Part shown: in pieces, positions 11,523 through 21,110 of the stretch
Position numbering within the stretch: the first letter of the stretch is position 1
How the letters are laid out: each line of letters begins with the position of its first letter
Origin: Spirochaetia bacterium
Lineage (GTDB): Bacteria; Spirochaetota; Spirochaetia; SZUA-6; Bin103
Reading direction: 5' to 3'
Assembly: GCA_965208575.1 (NCBI GenBank)
Contig: CBDBOV010000002.1
Location: 672,001-736,000 of the forward strand
Length of the DNA stretch: 64,000 bases
Program-made: the position numbers and the translations under genes
Notes under the pieces: model-generated
The model's database searches: none
Seen by the model: the letters and a program-made list of their open reading frames with translations, nothing else
What the model was told of the DNA's origin: nothing

Positions 11523-12359
11523 TCAGTCCTTGATGCGGACCATGATGCGGTGGCGGATCCGGTCGCGCTTCACCTCGAAGGCGTCCTGCCGCGAAGCGAT
11601 CACCTTGACCAGCTTGGAGGAGCCGTAGGTGCGCGGGTCGAACGCCGGATCGAGCTTCTTGAGGTTATTCGCGATCTTGCGCAGGTCCACCCACGCCGAC
11701 TCCTGGTCCACCATCTCGTGCGCCTCGGTCACGATGGAGACCAGGTCGGCGTCCTCGAACCCGTTGCTGTCGCTCGCTGCCGCCGTTTCGGCGCTGCCTG
11801 CCCCGTTGCCGGAACCGTCGGCGCTGCCCGCCCCGGCGGCGGACCCGGCGCCATCGCCGCTGCGGACGTCCCGGCGCCGGGAACGCCGCCGCCGGCCGTC
11901 GCTCTCGTAGCTCTTCATGATGTTCTCGACGTAGCGGAACTCGTTGCAGGCGTTCACGAACGGCTTCGGCGTGTGGTGCTTGCCGATCCCGATCACCTCC
12001 ATCCCGGCCTCGCGCAACCGGATCGCCAGTTTCGTGTAGTCGCTGTCGCTCGACACGATGATGAATCCGCCGACGTGGTTGCTGTACAGGATGTCCATCG
12101 CGTCGATGATCATCGCCGAGTCGGTAGCGTTCTTGCCCACCGTGTTGCTGAACTGCTGCACCGGCTGGATGGCGTGCACCGGCAGTTTCTTCTTCCAGGA
12201 CTCGAGCTGCGTGGTGGTCCAGTCGCCGTAGATGCGGCGGATGGTCACCACGCCGAATTTCACGACTTCCTTCATGACGTGTTCGATTTGCGATGCCTGC
12301 GCGTTGTCGCCGTCGATCAGGACGGCCAGACGCCGTTCGGCGGTTGTGCTGGTACTCAT
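11523..12359 (-). CDS. NYN-domain (LabA/DUF88) protein with C-terminal OST-HTH/LOTUS domain
   Basis: LAVLIDGDN, RIYGDW, GKNATD, VSSDSDY, FDPRTYG; ATG at 12359 overlaps the tag stop. Confidence 0.9.
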   Translation of the reverse strand: MSTSTTAERRLAVLIDGDNAQASQIEHVMKEVVKFGVVTIRRIYGDWTTTQLESWKKKLPVHAIQPVQQFSNTVGKNATDSAMIIDAMDILYSNHVGGFIIVSSDSDYTKLAIRLREAGMEVIGIGKHHTPKPFVNACNEFRYVENIMKSYESDGRRRRSRRRDVRSGDGAGSAAGAGSADGSGNGAGSAETAAASDSNGFEDADLVSIVTEAHEMVDQESAWVDLRKIANNLKKLDPAFDPRTYGSSKLVKVIASRQDAFEVKRDRIRHRIMVRIKD

Positions 12360-13066
12360 GTGTTCCTCTTGTTGGTTGAGATTCGCGCCCTCTCGTGGGG
12401 CGCGGCGTTGCGCCGGTCCGCATCGGAGCGGGCGGTTGATGGGGAGGGCCCGGCCGGCGCGCCGGGGTGCGATGCCGGGCGGTTCCCGGCTGCTGCGGCA
12501 AGTTCGACGAAGCGGAAGCAATCGCGCAAGTGGTCGTTCACCAGACCCACCGCTTGCAGGTGCGAATATACGATCGTCGGGCCGACGAAACGAAATCCGC
12601 GCGCCTTGAGGTCGCGGCTCACGCGTTGCGACAACCCGGTCTGCGCGGGAACTTCGTCCTCGCCGCGCCAGCCGCCCACCACCGGCGCCCCGTCGACGAA
12701 GCGCCACAGATAGGCGCTGAAGCTGCCGAACTGTTCCTGGACGGCCAGAAAGGCGCGCGCATTGGCGATCGACGCGTCGATCTTGAGCCGGTTGCGCACG
12801 ATTTCCCGGTTCTGGAGCAGGGCGGCCCGTTCGGCGGCCCCGAAGCGGGCCACGCGAGTAACCGCGAAGTCGTGGTAGGCGCGGCGGTAGCCGGCGCGCT
12901 TGTGCAGAATGGTACGCCAGCTCAGGCCCGCCTGCGCCCCTTCCAGGGTCAGGAACTCGAACTGGAGGCGGTCGTCGTCCCACACCGGCGTGCCCCACTC
13001 GTCGTCATGATACGCCTGCATCAGTGCGTCGCCCGCGCACCACGGACAGCGGCTCGGCTCACCCAT
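12356..13066 (-). CDS. tag: DNA-3-methyladenine glycosylase I
   Basis: RCPW, YHDDEWG, LEGAQAGLSW, IVRNRLKI, FVGPT, NDHLRDC. Confidence 0.95.
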   Translation of the reverse strand: MGEPSRCPWCAGDALMQAYHDDEWGTPVWDDDRLQFEFLTLEGAQAGLSWRTILHKRAGYRRAYHDFAVTRVARFGAAERAALLQNREIVRNRLKIDASIANARAFLAVQEQFGSFSAYLWRFVDGAPVVGGWRGEDEVPAQTGLSQRVSRDLKARGFRFVGPTIVYSHLQAVGLVNDHLRDCFRFVELAAAAGNRPASHPGAPAGPSPSTARSDADRRNAAPHERARISTNKRNT

Positions 13067-13145
13067 CAGGCGCCTCCGCGGCCGCCGCGGTCGCGGCCGA
13101 CCGGCGCATGCGGCGGGCGCCGGGGACAGCGGCTCGGCGCGCCGG

Positions 13146-13919
13146 TCACGATCCGGTCTCCCGGCCGCCGCGGTTGCGGTTGATCACCTCGATGCGCACC
13201 GCGCCACCGGCGCGGTCGATGAACTTCGCCGCCGCGGCCACCCGGTTGTCGCGGTCGAGCAGGTCCCACAGCTCCGCCACCGCCCGGCGCGGGTCCGCGG
13301 CTATCGGCAGCGGGAACGGCTCGCCTGCGAACGGCGGCAGCGGTGCGCCGTCCCCCTCGTAGGTGGTGATGCAGTAGCCCCAGCCGGGGCGCATGCCGCG
13401 GTAGCTGAAGTGCTGGTGGCTGGTGCGCGGCGGCGCGCCGCCGGCCGTCTTCACGATCGCCAGCTCGCAGCACCGCACGCCGCCCGAGCCGCCCACGGTC
13501 AGCGCGCCGGCGATGCGCGCCGTGTAGTGGGGGGCGTCCGGTTCCACGTCGCGGCGCGCGAACGCGGCGCTGAACGACTCGCCGCCGGCCAGGCCGGCGG
13601 CGATCGTGTCGGTCTGGTCGCCGTTGCCCACCACGTGCGTGACGCGCCCGTCGCCGTGCCGCACGGCGCACAGCGCACGGTACAGGAGCAGGTTCGGGTC
13701 GCCGCGCTGCACGCCCGCCGCGGCGTCGGCAACCACCACCCGCACGCTGCCGTCCGGCTCGCGCACCAGGCGCCGGTTGCGGCTGCCCGCGCTGCGCCCC
13801 ATGGTCCAGAAGAGTTGCACGCCGGCCGCGCCGTCGGCCGTGCAGCCGACCACCAGCCCGCGTCCGGGATAGCTGGTGCGCCGCAGCCAGGCGCGGTCCT
13901 TGGATACCGGCCCTAGCAT
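13146..13919 (-). CDS. IMP cyclohydrolase-like protein (PurO-type Ntn fold)
   Basis: YPGRG, MGRSAGSRNR, VGNGDQTD, EPDAPHYTARI, TTYEGDG; lies upstream of purM. Confidence 0.78.
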   Translation of the reverse strand: MLGPVSKDRAWLRRTSYPGRGLVVGCTADGAAGVQLFWTMGRSAGSRNRRLVREPDGSVRVVVADAAAGVQRGDPNLLLYRALCAVRHGDGRVTHVVGNGDQTDTIAAGLAGGESFSAAFARRDVEPDAPHYTARIAGALTVGGSGGVRCCELAIVKTAGGAPPRTSHQHFSYRGMRPGWGYCITTYEGDGAPLPPFAGEPFPLPIAADPRRAVAELWDLLDRDNRVAAAAKFIDRAGGAVRIEVINRNRGGRETGS

Positions 13920-13981
13920 GGCTCGCCACCCGGCGCGGAACCGTCTTTACAGCCGATTCGGCGCGCGTCTACGATCCTTCC

Positions 13982-15439
13982 GTGGCGCGCGGCGGGACCT
14001 TCGAGGCGGCGGTTGAACGACTGATGGGGCTGACCGATCTGCGCCGGACCGCGCCGCCGGGCGAGCGCAACCGCTACCGCGCGCAGCGCATGCGCGCCCT
14101 GCTGCGCCAACTGCACGACCCTCACCTGGCGGTGCCCACGATCCACGTCGCCGGCACCAACGGCAAGGGCTCCACCGCTGCCATGCTCGCCGCCATGCTG
14201 CACGGCGCCGGACTGCGCGTCGGTCTGTTCACTTCTCCCCACCTGCACTCGGTGGTCGAGCGCATCCGCATCGGGCCGGATCCGGTCTCCCGCGAGCAGT
14301 TCGCCGGCCTGTTCGCGCGCGTCTGGCCGGCGGCGCAGGCGGTCGCGCGCGACCCCGCGTTGCCCGGCGAGCGCGGCGCCGTGACCACGCTGGAGGTGCT
14401 GACGGCCATGGCGTTCCACTTGTTCCGCGAAACGGGAGTGGCATACCAGGTGGTGGAGGCGTTCGTCGGCGGACGCCATGATATCACCAATATCGTGCAA
14501 CCCGTGCTGTCGGTCATTACCAATATCAGCCGCGATCACGTGCCCGCCCTCGGTACCACCCTGCGCGAGATCGCGCACGCCAAGGCTGGCATCATCAAGC
14601 CGGGGGTCCCGGTCGTCGTCGCCCCGCAGCGCCCTGCCGTGCAGGCCGTGCTCGCGCGCGAGGCAACCACCCTCGGGTCACCGCTGACGGCGGTTGCACG
14701 CCCCGCGCAGCCAACGCAAGCCCCCGCCCTGGAGAACTCCCATCAGGACCTGTGCTGGCGCGGCCGCCACGGCGAGTACCGGGTCGCGCTGCCATTGCGC
14801 GGCATCGCGCAGCGCGAGAACGCTGCCGTCGCCATCACGGCGGCGGAGCGGCTCATTGACCTGGGCGCTCCACTCTCCACCGACGCGATGTGCCGCGGTC
14901 TGGGCGGCGTCACCTGGCCGGGCCGGCTCGAGCTGGTATGCCGCGGCCCGCTCCCGGTGCTGGTCGACGGCGCCCATTGCGCTCGCGCGATGGATTGCCT
15001 GGTCGCCGAACTGCGCCGGCTGTGGACCGGTACGGGCGAACGCTCCGCAACGACGGCGGCCCTGGAAGCGAGTGCACGGGAGTCGTCTGCCGGGAGCGGC
15101 ACTCGGACCGGCAGGTCGGTGACGGCGCTGGTAGGCGCCCAGCGCGGACACCAGGCCGTCGCCACGCTCCGCCGCCTGCACCCACTTGCAGATTCCGTCG
15201 TGGCCGTGCAGACGCGCCACCCGCGCTCGCTGCCCGCCGAGGAGTTGGCGGCAACCCTGCGCGCCGCCGGAATTCCGGCCCGTGCCGGAGCCCATTCGGT
15301 GGGCGCCACGGTGCGCCGGCTCATGGCCACCGCCCGCGCGCACACCCTCCTGCTCGCAACCGGCTCGTTGTCGGTTGCGGCCGAGGTTCGCCAGGAACTG
15401 CTAACCGGGATACGGGCGGACCACTACCCGGGAACGTGA
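13982..15439 (+). CDS. folC: Folylpolyglutamate/dihydrofolate synthase
   Basis: IHVAGTNGKGST, FTSPHL, KAGIIK, WPGRLE, VDGAH, TGSL. Confidence 0.92.
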   Translation: MARGGTFEAAVERLMGLTDLRRTAPPGERNRYRAQRMRALLRQLHDPHLAVPTIHVAGTNGKGSTAAMLAAMLHGAGLRVGLFTSPHLHSVVERIRIGPDPVSREQFAGLFARVWPAAQAVARDPALPGERGAVTTLEVLTAMAFHLFRETGVAYQVVEAFVGGRHDITNIVQPVLSVITNISRDHVPALGTTLREIAHAKAGIIKPGVPVVVAPQRPAVQAVLAREATTLGSPLTAVARPAQPTQAPALENSHQDLCWRGRHGEYRVALPLRGIAQRENAAVAITAAERLIDLGAPLSTDAMCRGLGGVTWPGRLELVCRGPLPVLVDGAHCARAMDCLVAELRRLWTGTGERSATTAALEASARESSAGSGTRTGRSVTALVGAQRGHQAVATLRRLHPLADSVVAVQTRHPRSLPAEELAATLRAAGIPARAGAHSVGATVRRLMATARAHTLLLATGSLSVAAEVRQELLTGIRADHYPGT

Positions 15440-15475
15440 AGGAAGCGTACGTCGTGTGGGCGGATCAAGTCGCGG

Positions 15476-15658
15476 TCAGGTGACGTCGGTGCCGCGGACG
15501 GTCTTGCGCTTGGCAGCGCGCGCGCTCTCCATCGCTTCGTCGCATACCGCGCGCACCTTGTCCGACAGCGCTTCGGCGACCGACGCGGCTGTGTTCATAC
15601 CGCCCTTGTCCTTGATGTAGTTCTTGACCTTGGAAGTAACGATCAGAATGTCAGCCAT
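15476..15658 (-). CDS. Bacterial histone-fold protein (Bd0055/HBb-like)
   Basis: 60 aa MADILIVTSKVKNYIKDKGGMNTAASVAEALSDKVRAVCDEAMESARAAKRKTVRGTDVT, with RKTVxxxD histone-fold signature. Confidence 0.88.
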   Translation of the reverse strand: MADILIVTSKVKNYIKDKGGMNTAASVAEALSDKVRAVCDEAMESARAAKRKTVRGTDVT

Positions 15659-15788
15659 TGAACCAGGCCTCCTGTGTCAAGTGTGGCGTCCGTCACCCGC
15701 AACGGCGGGCGCGGCCGCCGGCGGCACTATACAGGATAGCTCGGCCCGCGTCAGCAGGCGGCCGGATATTGGGGACATCGGCGGGGGT

Positions 15789-16610
15789 TTACCTCTCTTG
15801 CAGTGGGTGCCCGCAGTGCCGGCAGTACCCGGCGTCGGGTTGATGACCCGATCGTCCGCACGCCTGGCAGTGGCGCCGGTCGCGTACGCGAAACGTCTGC
15901 GACACTACCTCCGCGGTGACCAGGCCGGTCGGGACCGCGATGATCCCATAGCCCATCACCATGATGATCGCGGCCAGGACTTGCCCGAGCCCGGTACGGG
16001 GCGTCAAATCGCCATACCCGACCGTGGTGAGGGTCACGATGGTCCAGTACATGCTGCGCGGGATGCTGGTAAAGCCGTGCTCTTCCCCCTCGATGACGTA
16101 GATCAGCGAGCCGAGAATCACCGCCACGATAAGCACCGCGAACAGGAACACGGTGATCTTGCGGCGGCTGGCGCGCAGCGCGGCCAGGATCACCACGGCT
16201 TCCTTCATGTAGGGCACCAGCTTCAGGACGCGGAACACGCGCAGGACGCGCAGCAGGCGCAGGACCGCCAGGTAGTGCGTGCCCGGCAGCAGCAGGGCGA
16301 CGAACGCCGGCAGCACCGCCAGCAGGTCGATGATTCCGAAGAAGCTGCGCGCATAGTGCAGCGGGCGGCGAACGGTCACCAGCCGCAGGAAGTACTCGAC
16401 CATGAACAGCACGGTAAAGCACCACTCGGCCACGCGCAGCCCGGGGCCGAGCAGCGAATTCACCGGGCGTGAACTCTCCAGCATCACCACCGCGACGCTG
16501 GCGATGATGGTGGCGATGATCGCGATGTCGAAGCCCTTGCCGGCGCGCGAGTCGGAAAGAAAGATGACGCTGCGCAGTTGCACGCGCCAGCGAGCGGTCG
16601 GGCGTCTCAC
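15789..16610 (-). CDS. Voltage-gated-type potassium channel (ion transporter)
   Basis: S4 RLLRVLRVFRVLK, selectivity filter TTVGYGD, C-terminal CxxC...CxxC. Confidence 0.92.
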   Translation of the reverse strand: MRRPTARWRVQLRSVIFLSDSRAGKGFDIAIIATIIASVAVVMLESSRPVNSLLGPGLRVAEWCFTVLFMVEYFLRLVTVRRPLHYARSFFGIIDLLAVLPAFVALLLPGTHYLAVLRLLRVLRVFRVLKLVPYMKEAVVILAALRASRRKITVFLFAVLIVAVILGSLIYVIEGEEHGFTSIPRSMYWTIVTLTTVGYGDLTPRTGLGQVLAAIIMVMGYGIIAVPTGLVTAEVVSQTFRVRDRRHCQACGRSGHQPDAGYCRHCGHPLQER

Positions 16611-16777
16611 GTCCAGCGCGGCCTCCGCCCGACCGGTGCCGCGGCCATCCGGGATGCCTGTTCCGAAGGAGCCTGCTGGCGGGCGATGCTTGGGAATCCG
16701 TGTTCGTCGCCTGCCATGTCACGCAGTGACCGGACAGACTCATCGCTCGAGTGCAGCCGGTGCGCCGCCACGGGGTG

Positions 16778-18241
16778 CTACGCGGTGGCCGGCTGCGCGG
16801 TTGCCGGTTCCAGCAGCCGTTCCTCGATCTGCCCGCCGAGCACGCGGATCTTGGCGAGCACGGACTGGTAGCCGCGCTCAATGTTGCCGACCTGGGTGAG
16901 CGTGCTCTCCCCGTCCGCCACCAGGGCGGCCAGCAGGTAGGCGAACCCGGCGCGCAGATCGGGCACCTCGAGCTCAGCCGCAACCAGCGGGGTGGGACCG
17001 GAAATCACCGCGCTGTGGTAGCAGCCGCGCCCGCGGAACCGGCACGCGGCGCTGCCCAGACACGCGGTGCTCAGGTCCACCGCGGCGCCCATCTCGCCGA
17101 GCGCGTCGGCATACCCGAGCCGCCGCTCGTAGACGGTCTCGTGGACGATCGACACGCCGTCCGCCTGGGTGAGCAGCACCACCAGGGGCGGCTGCCAGTC
17201 GGTCATGAATCCGGGGTGCGGCGCCGTTTCCACCGTTACCGGGCGGAGGCGGCGCGGGCCGCGGAACCGGATGCCGGCGGCGTCCGCGTCGCAGGTTCCG
17301 CCCACGCTGCGCAGCACGGCCAGGAATGAGCGCAGGTGGGCGGGTTCTGCACCGCGTACGAACAGGTCACCGCGGGTCGCGACCGCTGCCGCCGCGTAGG
17401 AGGCCGCCTCCAGGCGATCGCCGATGATCCGGTGCCGGGCCCCGTGCAGGGACGCCACGCCGTCGATTACCCAGGTGCGCCGGCCCGCGTGCTCGATGCG
17501 CGCCCCCATGGCACGCAGCAGGCCGACCAGATTGCCGATCTCCGGCTCGATGGCGGCGTTGCGCAGCATCGTCCGCCCCATCGCCCCGGCGGCCGCGACC
17601 AGGACCTGCTCGGTGGCGCCGACACTCGGGTAGGCGAGCCGTATGTCGGCACCACGCAACACGTCTCCGCGAAACCGGGTAATGACCCCGTCGCGCTCGA
17701 TGTCGACGCCCAGGAGGCGCAACGCGTGCAGGTGAAAGTCGATGGGGCGGGCCCCGATGGCGTCGCCCCCGATGGCGGCGATCTGCGCGCGACCGGTGCG
17801 ATGCAGCAGCGCCGCGATGAACAGCATGCAGGAGCGGTGTTCGGGGCTCACGTCGGCCGGTATGCGCCAGCCGTTGACGGTGGAGGGGTCGACTTCCAGC
17901 GTGGACTCGTCGAGCCACCGCCAGCGCACCCCGAGAGCGGCGCAGATGCGCAGGGTCAGTTGCACCTCGCCGATGCGCGGCACGTTCTCCAGCACACTCG
18001 GCTCCGGCGCCAGCAGCGCGGCGATAATCATCTTCGGCGCCGCGTTCTTGGCTCCGGCGACCGCCAGTTCGCCGTGCAGCGGCTTGCCCCCGCTGACCCG
18101 GTAGGCGCGTTCGGCGCCGGCGGTCAGCGGATCGGGCGCCGGGACGATGGCGTCCTGCACGGTGCGGCGGATGCCGGCGCCCGATTCGGTATCGGACGAG
18201 TCAGTGGAATCGGTGTCAGTATGCACGAGGCCCCCAGCCAC
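16778..18241 (-). CDS. murA: UDP-N-acetylglucosamine 1-carboxyvinyltransferase (start uncertain)
   Basis: GAKNAA, GGDAIGARPIDFH, PSVGATE, NAAIEPE, PGFMTDWQ, DLRAG, IERGY. Confidence 0.92.
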   Translation of the reverse strand: MAGGLVHTDTDSTDSSDTESGAGIRRTVQDAIVPAPDPLTAGAERAYRVSGGKPLHGELAVAGAKNAAPKMIIAALLAPEPSVLENVPRIGEVQLTLRICAALGVRWRWLDESTLEVDPSTVNGWRIPADVSPEHRSCMLFIAALLHRTGRAQIAAIGGDAIGARPIDFHLHALRLLGVDIERDGVITRFRGDVLRGADIRLAYPSVGATEQVLVAAAGAMGRTMLRNAAIEPEIGNLVGLLRAMGARIEHAGRRTWVIDGVASLHGARHRIIGDRLEAASYAAAAVATRGDLFVRGAEPAHLRSFLAVLRSVGGTCDADAAGIRFRGPRRLRPVTVETAPHPGFMTDWQPPLVVLLTQADGVSIVHETVYERRLGYADALGEMGAAVDLSTACLGSAACRFRGRGCYHSAVISGPTPLVAAELEVPDLRAGFAYLLAALVADGESTLTQVGNIERGYQSVLAKIRVLGGQIEERLLEPATAQPATA

Positions 18242-18330
18242 AGAGAGTTATTCTCAATGTTCGGCTGCGATGGCGCCGCAGCCAAGCTGCGATGACGCCG
18301 CGGGCCCACCTGGCGGACGTGGCGGGAACG

Positions 18331-18582
18331 TCAGGAACCGCGCAGACCGTAGCGGCGGCGAAATTTCTCGATGCGGCCCGCGCTGTCGACCAGCGTCTGC
18401 TTGCCGGTATAGAACGGGTGCGAGGCGCTGGAAATCTCGATGTTGATCAGCGGGTACTCCTTGCCGTCCTGCCAGGTAATGGTTTCCTTGGACGACTGGG
18501 TGGAACGGCTCAGGAACTCGAAGTCGGAAGAGGTGTCCTTGAACACCACGAAGTTGTACTTGGGATGAATCTCTTGCTGCAT
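18331..18582 (-). CDS. rpmE2: 50S ribosomal protein L31 type B
   Basis: MQQEIHPKY...[13 protein letters not shown]...[11 protein letters not shown]; no CxxC. Confidence 0.95.
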   Translation of the reverse strand: MQQEIHPKYNFVVFKDTSSDFEFLSRSTQSSKETITWQDGKEYPLINIEISSASHPFYTGKQTLVDSAGRIEKFRRRYGLRGS

Positions 18583-18644
18583 GCGTGCTGCCTCTTGTGG
18601 CCTGGTGCCCGCCGGAGCGTCCCACCGATCGGGCCGGAAGCTCG

Positions 18645-19160
18645 TTATTCGTTCTCCGGTAGACGCGTAGTATACCAAACGCCGCGCCCGAGCGACAATT
18701 TCTTGACGTTGGAAATCTCCGGGGTGCTGCCCTTCCGGTAGCCCCAGAAGCGCTCGATCACCTCTTCGGCAAACTCGATCTGGGTGATCTGCTGCAGGTT
18801 CTCGATCTGTTCCCACGACGCCTTCTTCTGTCTGACCTGCGCCGGCGTCATCTCCCGGATTTCCTCTTCGTACTGCTCGATGAGCGAGTCGATCATCTCG
18901 ACCAGCTCCTCCTTGTTCACGCTCGGCTCTTCGGGGACCACGTCGGCGGTCACGAACGGCGTCACGCCGGATTCGGGATCGGCGCCGGCGGATTCAGCGC
19001 CAGGTGCCTGCTCGCCCGCGGCGTCGGCGGCGGAATCCGCGGCGGGAGAGTCCGCCTCGGCAGCGGCGGGGGGAGCGGGAGGCGGCTCCGGCTTCTTCCG
19101 AAAGGTTCGGTACAGAACGTAGATGGCAATGACGAGGCCGCCCAGGAGTGCAAAGGTCAT
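18645..19160 (-). CDS. Hypothetical protein with N-terminal TM anchor and acidic linker
   Basis: Hydrophobic N-terminus, coding-like codon usage, same strand as rpmE2. Confidence 0.7.
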   Translation of the reverse strand: MTFALLGGLVIAIYVLYRTFRKKPEPPPAPPAAAEADSPAADSAADAAGEQAPGAESAGADPESGVTPFVTADVVPEEPSVNKEELVEMIDSLIEQYEEEIREMTPAQVRQKKASWEQIENLQQITQIEFAEEVIERFWGYRKGSTPEISNVKKLSLGRGVWYTTRLPENE

Positions 19161-19437
19161 GACGTGGGGATTCCTGCATCGAAGGTACCACCGCGCGCGG
19201 GTGATCGCATACTGACGGTCAGCATATCATGCCCGGCGGGTTACGCCACGGCGTCCGGATCGATACCAATCGATGCTCACGCCCAGTCCGGGGGCGGCGG
19301 GCACCGCCATGCAGCCGTCGGCTTCGACCTCGGGCGGGTCGCAGTCGCTCGCTCATCGCAGCCATTGTACCGGCGGCGCGCTAAGCGGGGTAGCCGCCGT
19401 CGACGTCGGCGGGCGAATGGCGTAGGGTGGCGTTCCA

Positions 19438-20874
19438 ATGGCTGCGTCGCCCCCGCTGGCCGGTATCACCGTGATCGACCTGACCCGCGTTCTGGCCGGG
19501 CCCTACTGCACCATGGTGCTGCGCGATCTCGGCGCCGAGGTGATCAAGGTGGAACCTCCGCAGGGCGACGAAGCGCGCGGGTTCGGTCCGTTTCTGCCGG
19601 CCGCAGGTGGCGGCGGGCGCGGCGAGTCGGCCTACTTCACCAGCCTGAACTGCGGCAAGCGGTCGGTGGTGCTCGACCTCAAGACGGAGCCGGGCAGCAG
19701 CGCGCTGGCCGCGCTGATCCGCCGCGCCGACGTCCTGGTCGAGAACTTCCGTCCCGGCACGCTGGCGAAGCTGGGGTTCCCGCCGGATCGCCTGCTGGCG
19801 CTCAACCCGCGCCTGGTGTACGCCGCCATCAGCGGCTTCGGCGCCACCGGCCCGGCCGCGCAGCGGCCCGCCTACGACATGATCATCCAGGCGCTGTCCG
19901 GCCTGATGTCGATCACCGGCACCGAGCCGCCGGCGGCGGCGCCACCGGCGAGCGCGGCGCAGGCCGACGGCGCGCGGGGCGCCGCGCCGGACCCGGCCGG
20001 TGGCGCGGAGACGTCGACCGCGGCGCGCTCGGTCTCGGCGCCGGGGGCGGGCTCGCGACGGCCGCCCCCGGCGCCGGCGCCGCCGGGCGTGCGGCAGGGC
20101 GCGGCGCCGATGTCGCGAGAAGAGCCGGTGACCGCGGCGGCCTCCGCACTGCCGCACTCCGGATCGGCTGCGCACGGGCAGCGGGTGCGGGTCGGCACGT
20201 CGATCGCGGACATCGTCAGCGGGCTGTATGCCGCGGTTGGCATTGTGGCGGCGCTGGCGCAGCGCGCGCACTCGGGTCGCGGCGCGGTGCTCGACCTGGG
20301 CATGCTCGACGCCACCGTCTCGGTGCTGGAGAACGCGGTGGCGCGTTACCAGGTCACCGGCGCGGTGCCGGCCCCCCTCGGCACCCGCCACCCCTCGATC
20401 ACCCCGTTCGAAGCCTACGCCACGGCGGACCAGGAGATCGTGATCGCGGCCGGCAACGACCGCCTGTTCGCGAGCCTGTGCGCGGTGGTCGGGCGCGGCG
20501 ATCTGCCTGCCGACCGTCGTTTCGCCGGCAACGCGGCGCGCAACGAGCACGTGGCGGCGCTGAAGGATGAGCTGGAGTCGGCCCTGCGCCGCCATCGCGG
20601 TGGGTACTGGCTGGAGCGGCTGGCCGCCGCCGGCGTGCCGGCCGCGCCGGTGAACACCATCGCCGACCTGTTCGACGACCCGCAGATCGCCGCCCGCGGC
20701 ATGCTGGTGCCGGTAGCCGGGCTGGACCGCTTCCTGGTACCCGGCTCGCCGCTCAAGTTCGCTGGCGTGGCGGCGGAAGGCCGGCGTCCGCCGGCGCCGC
20801 GGCTCGGCGAACACACCGCGCAGGTGCTGGCGGAACTCGCGTCAGAGCCCGCCGCCGCCGCTCCCGAAGGCTGA
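19438..20874 (+). CDS. CaiB/BaiF family III CoA-transferase with low-complexity insertion
   Basis: DLTRVLAGPYCT, LGAEVIKVE, DVLVENFRPG, AYDMIIQA, APRLGEHT. Confidence 0.9.
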   Translation: MAASPPLAGITVIDLTRVLAGPYCTMVLRDLGAEVIKVEPPQGDEARGFGPFLPAAGGGGRGESAYFTSLNCGKRSVVLDLKTEPGSSALAALIRRADVLVENFRPGTLAKLGFPPDRLLALNPRLVYAAISGFGATGPAAQRPAYDMIIQALSGLMSITGTEPPAAAPPASAAQADGARGAAPDPAGGAETSTAARSVSAPGAGSRRPPPAPAPPGVRQGAAPMSREEPVTAAASALPHSGSAAHGQRVRVGTSIADIVSGLYAAVGIVAALAQRAHSGRGAVLDLGMLDATVSVLENAVARYQVTGAVPAPLGTRHPSITPFEAYATADQEIVIAAGNDRLFASLCAVVGRGDLPADRRFAGNAARNEHVAALKDELESALRRHRGGYWLERLAAAGVPAAPVNTIADLFDDPQIAARGMLVPVAGLDRFLVPGSPLKFAGVAAEGRRPPAPRLGEHTAQVLAELASEPAAAAPEG

Positions 20875-21110
20875 CGCTCGGCCCCACGGCCGCCGGTGAC
20901 GGCTTGGCGACCGTCACGCGGGGATGCCACGGGGGCGGTGAGAGATGCGGGCGTGGCGGGGTGGCAACGGCGCCTGCCGGCGGGCGAGCGCGTGGGCGGC
21001 GGTAGCGGGCGGCTGTCGATGCGGCGAGAGCAAGGGCGGCGGCCCCGGCGCGCCGGGCACGACAGCGGCACGGCGCGGCGGGCGCCGGAGGGTTCGGGGG
21101 TGCGGGTCCG

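Noticed and set aside
9468-12713. 1081-aa plus-strand ORF and similar long ORFs (72-1376, 4824-6941, upstream part of 49075-52482)
   Set aside because: Antisense or off-frame shadows of well-supported genes; Arg/Ala/Gly-rich with no motifs.
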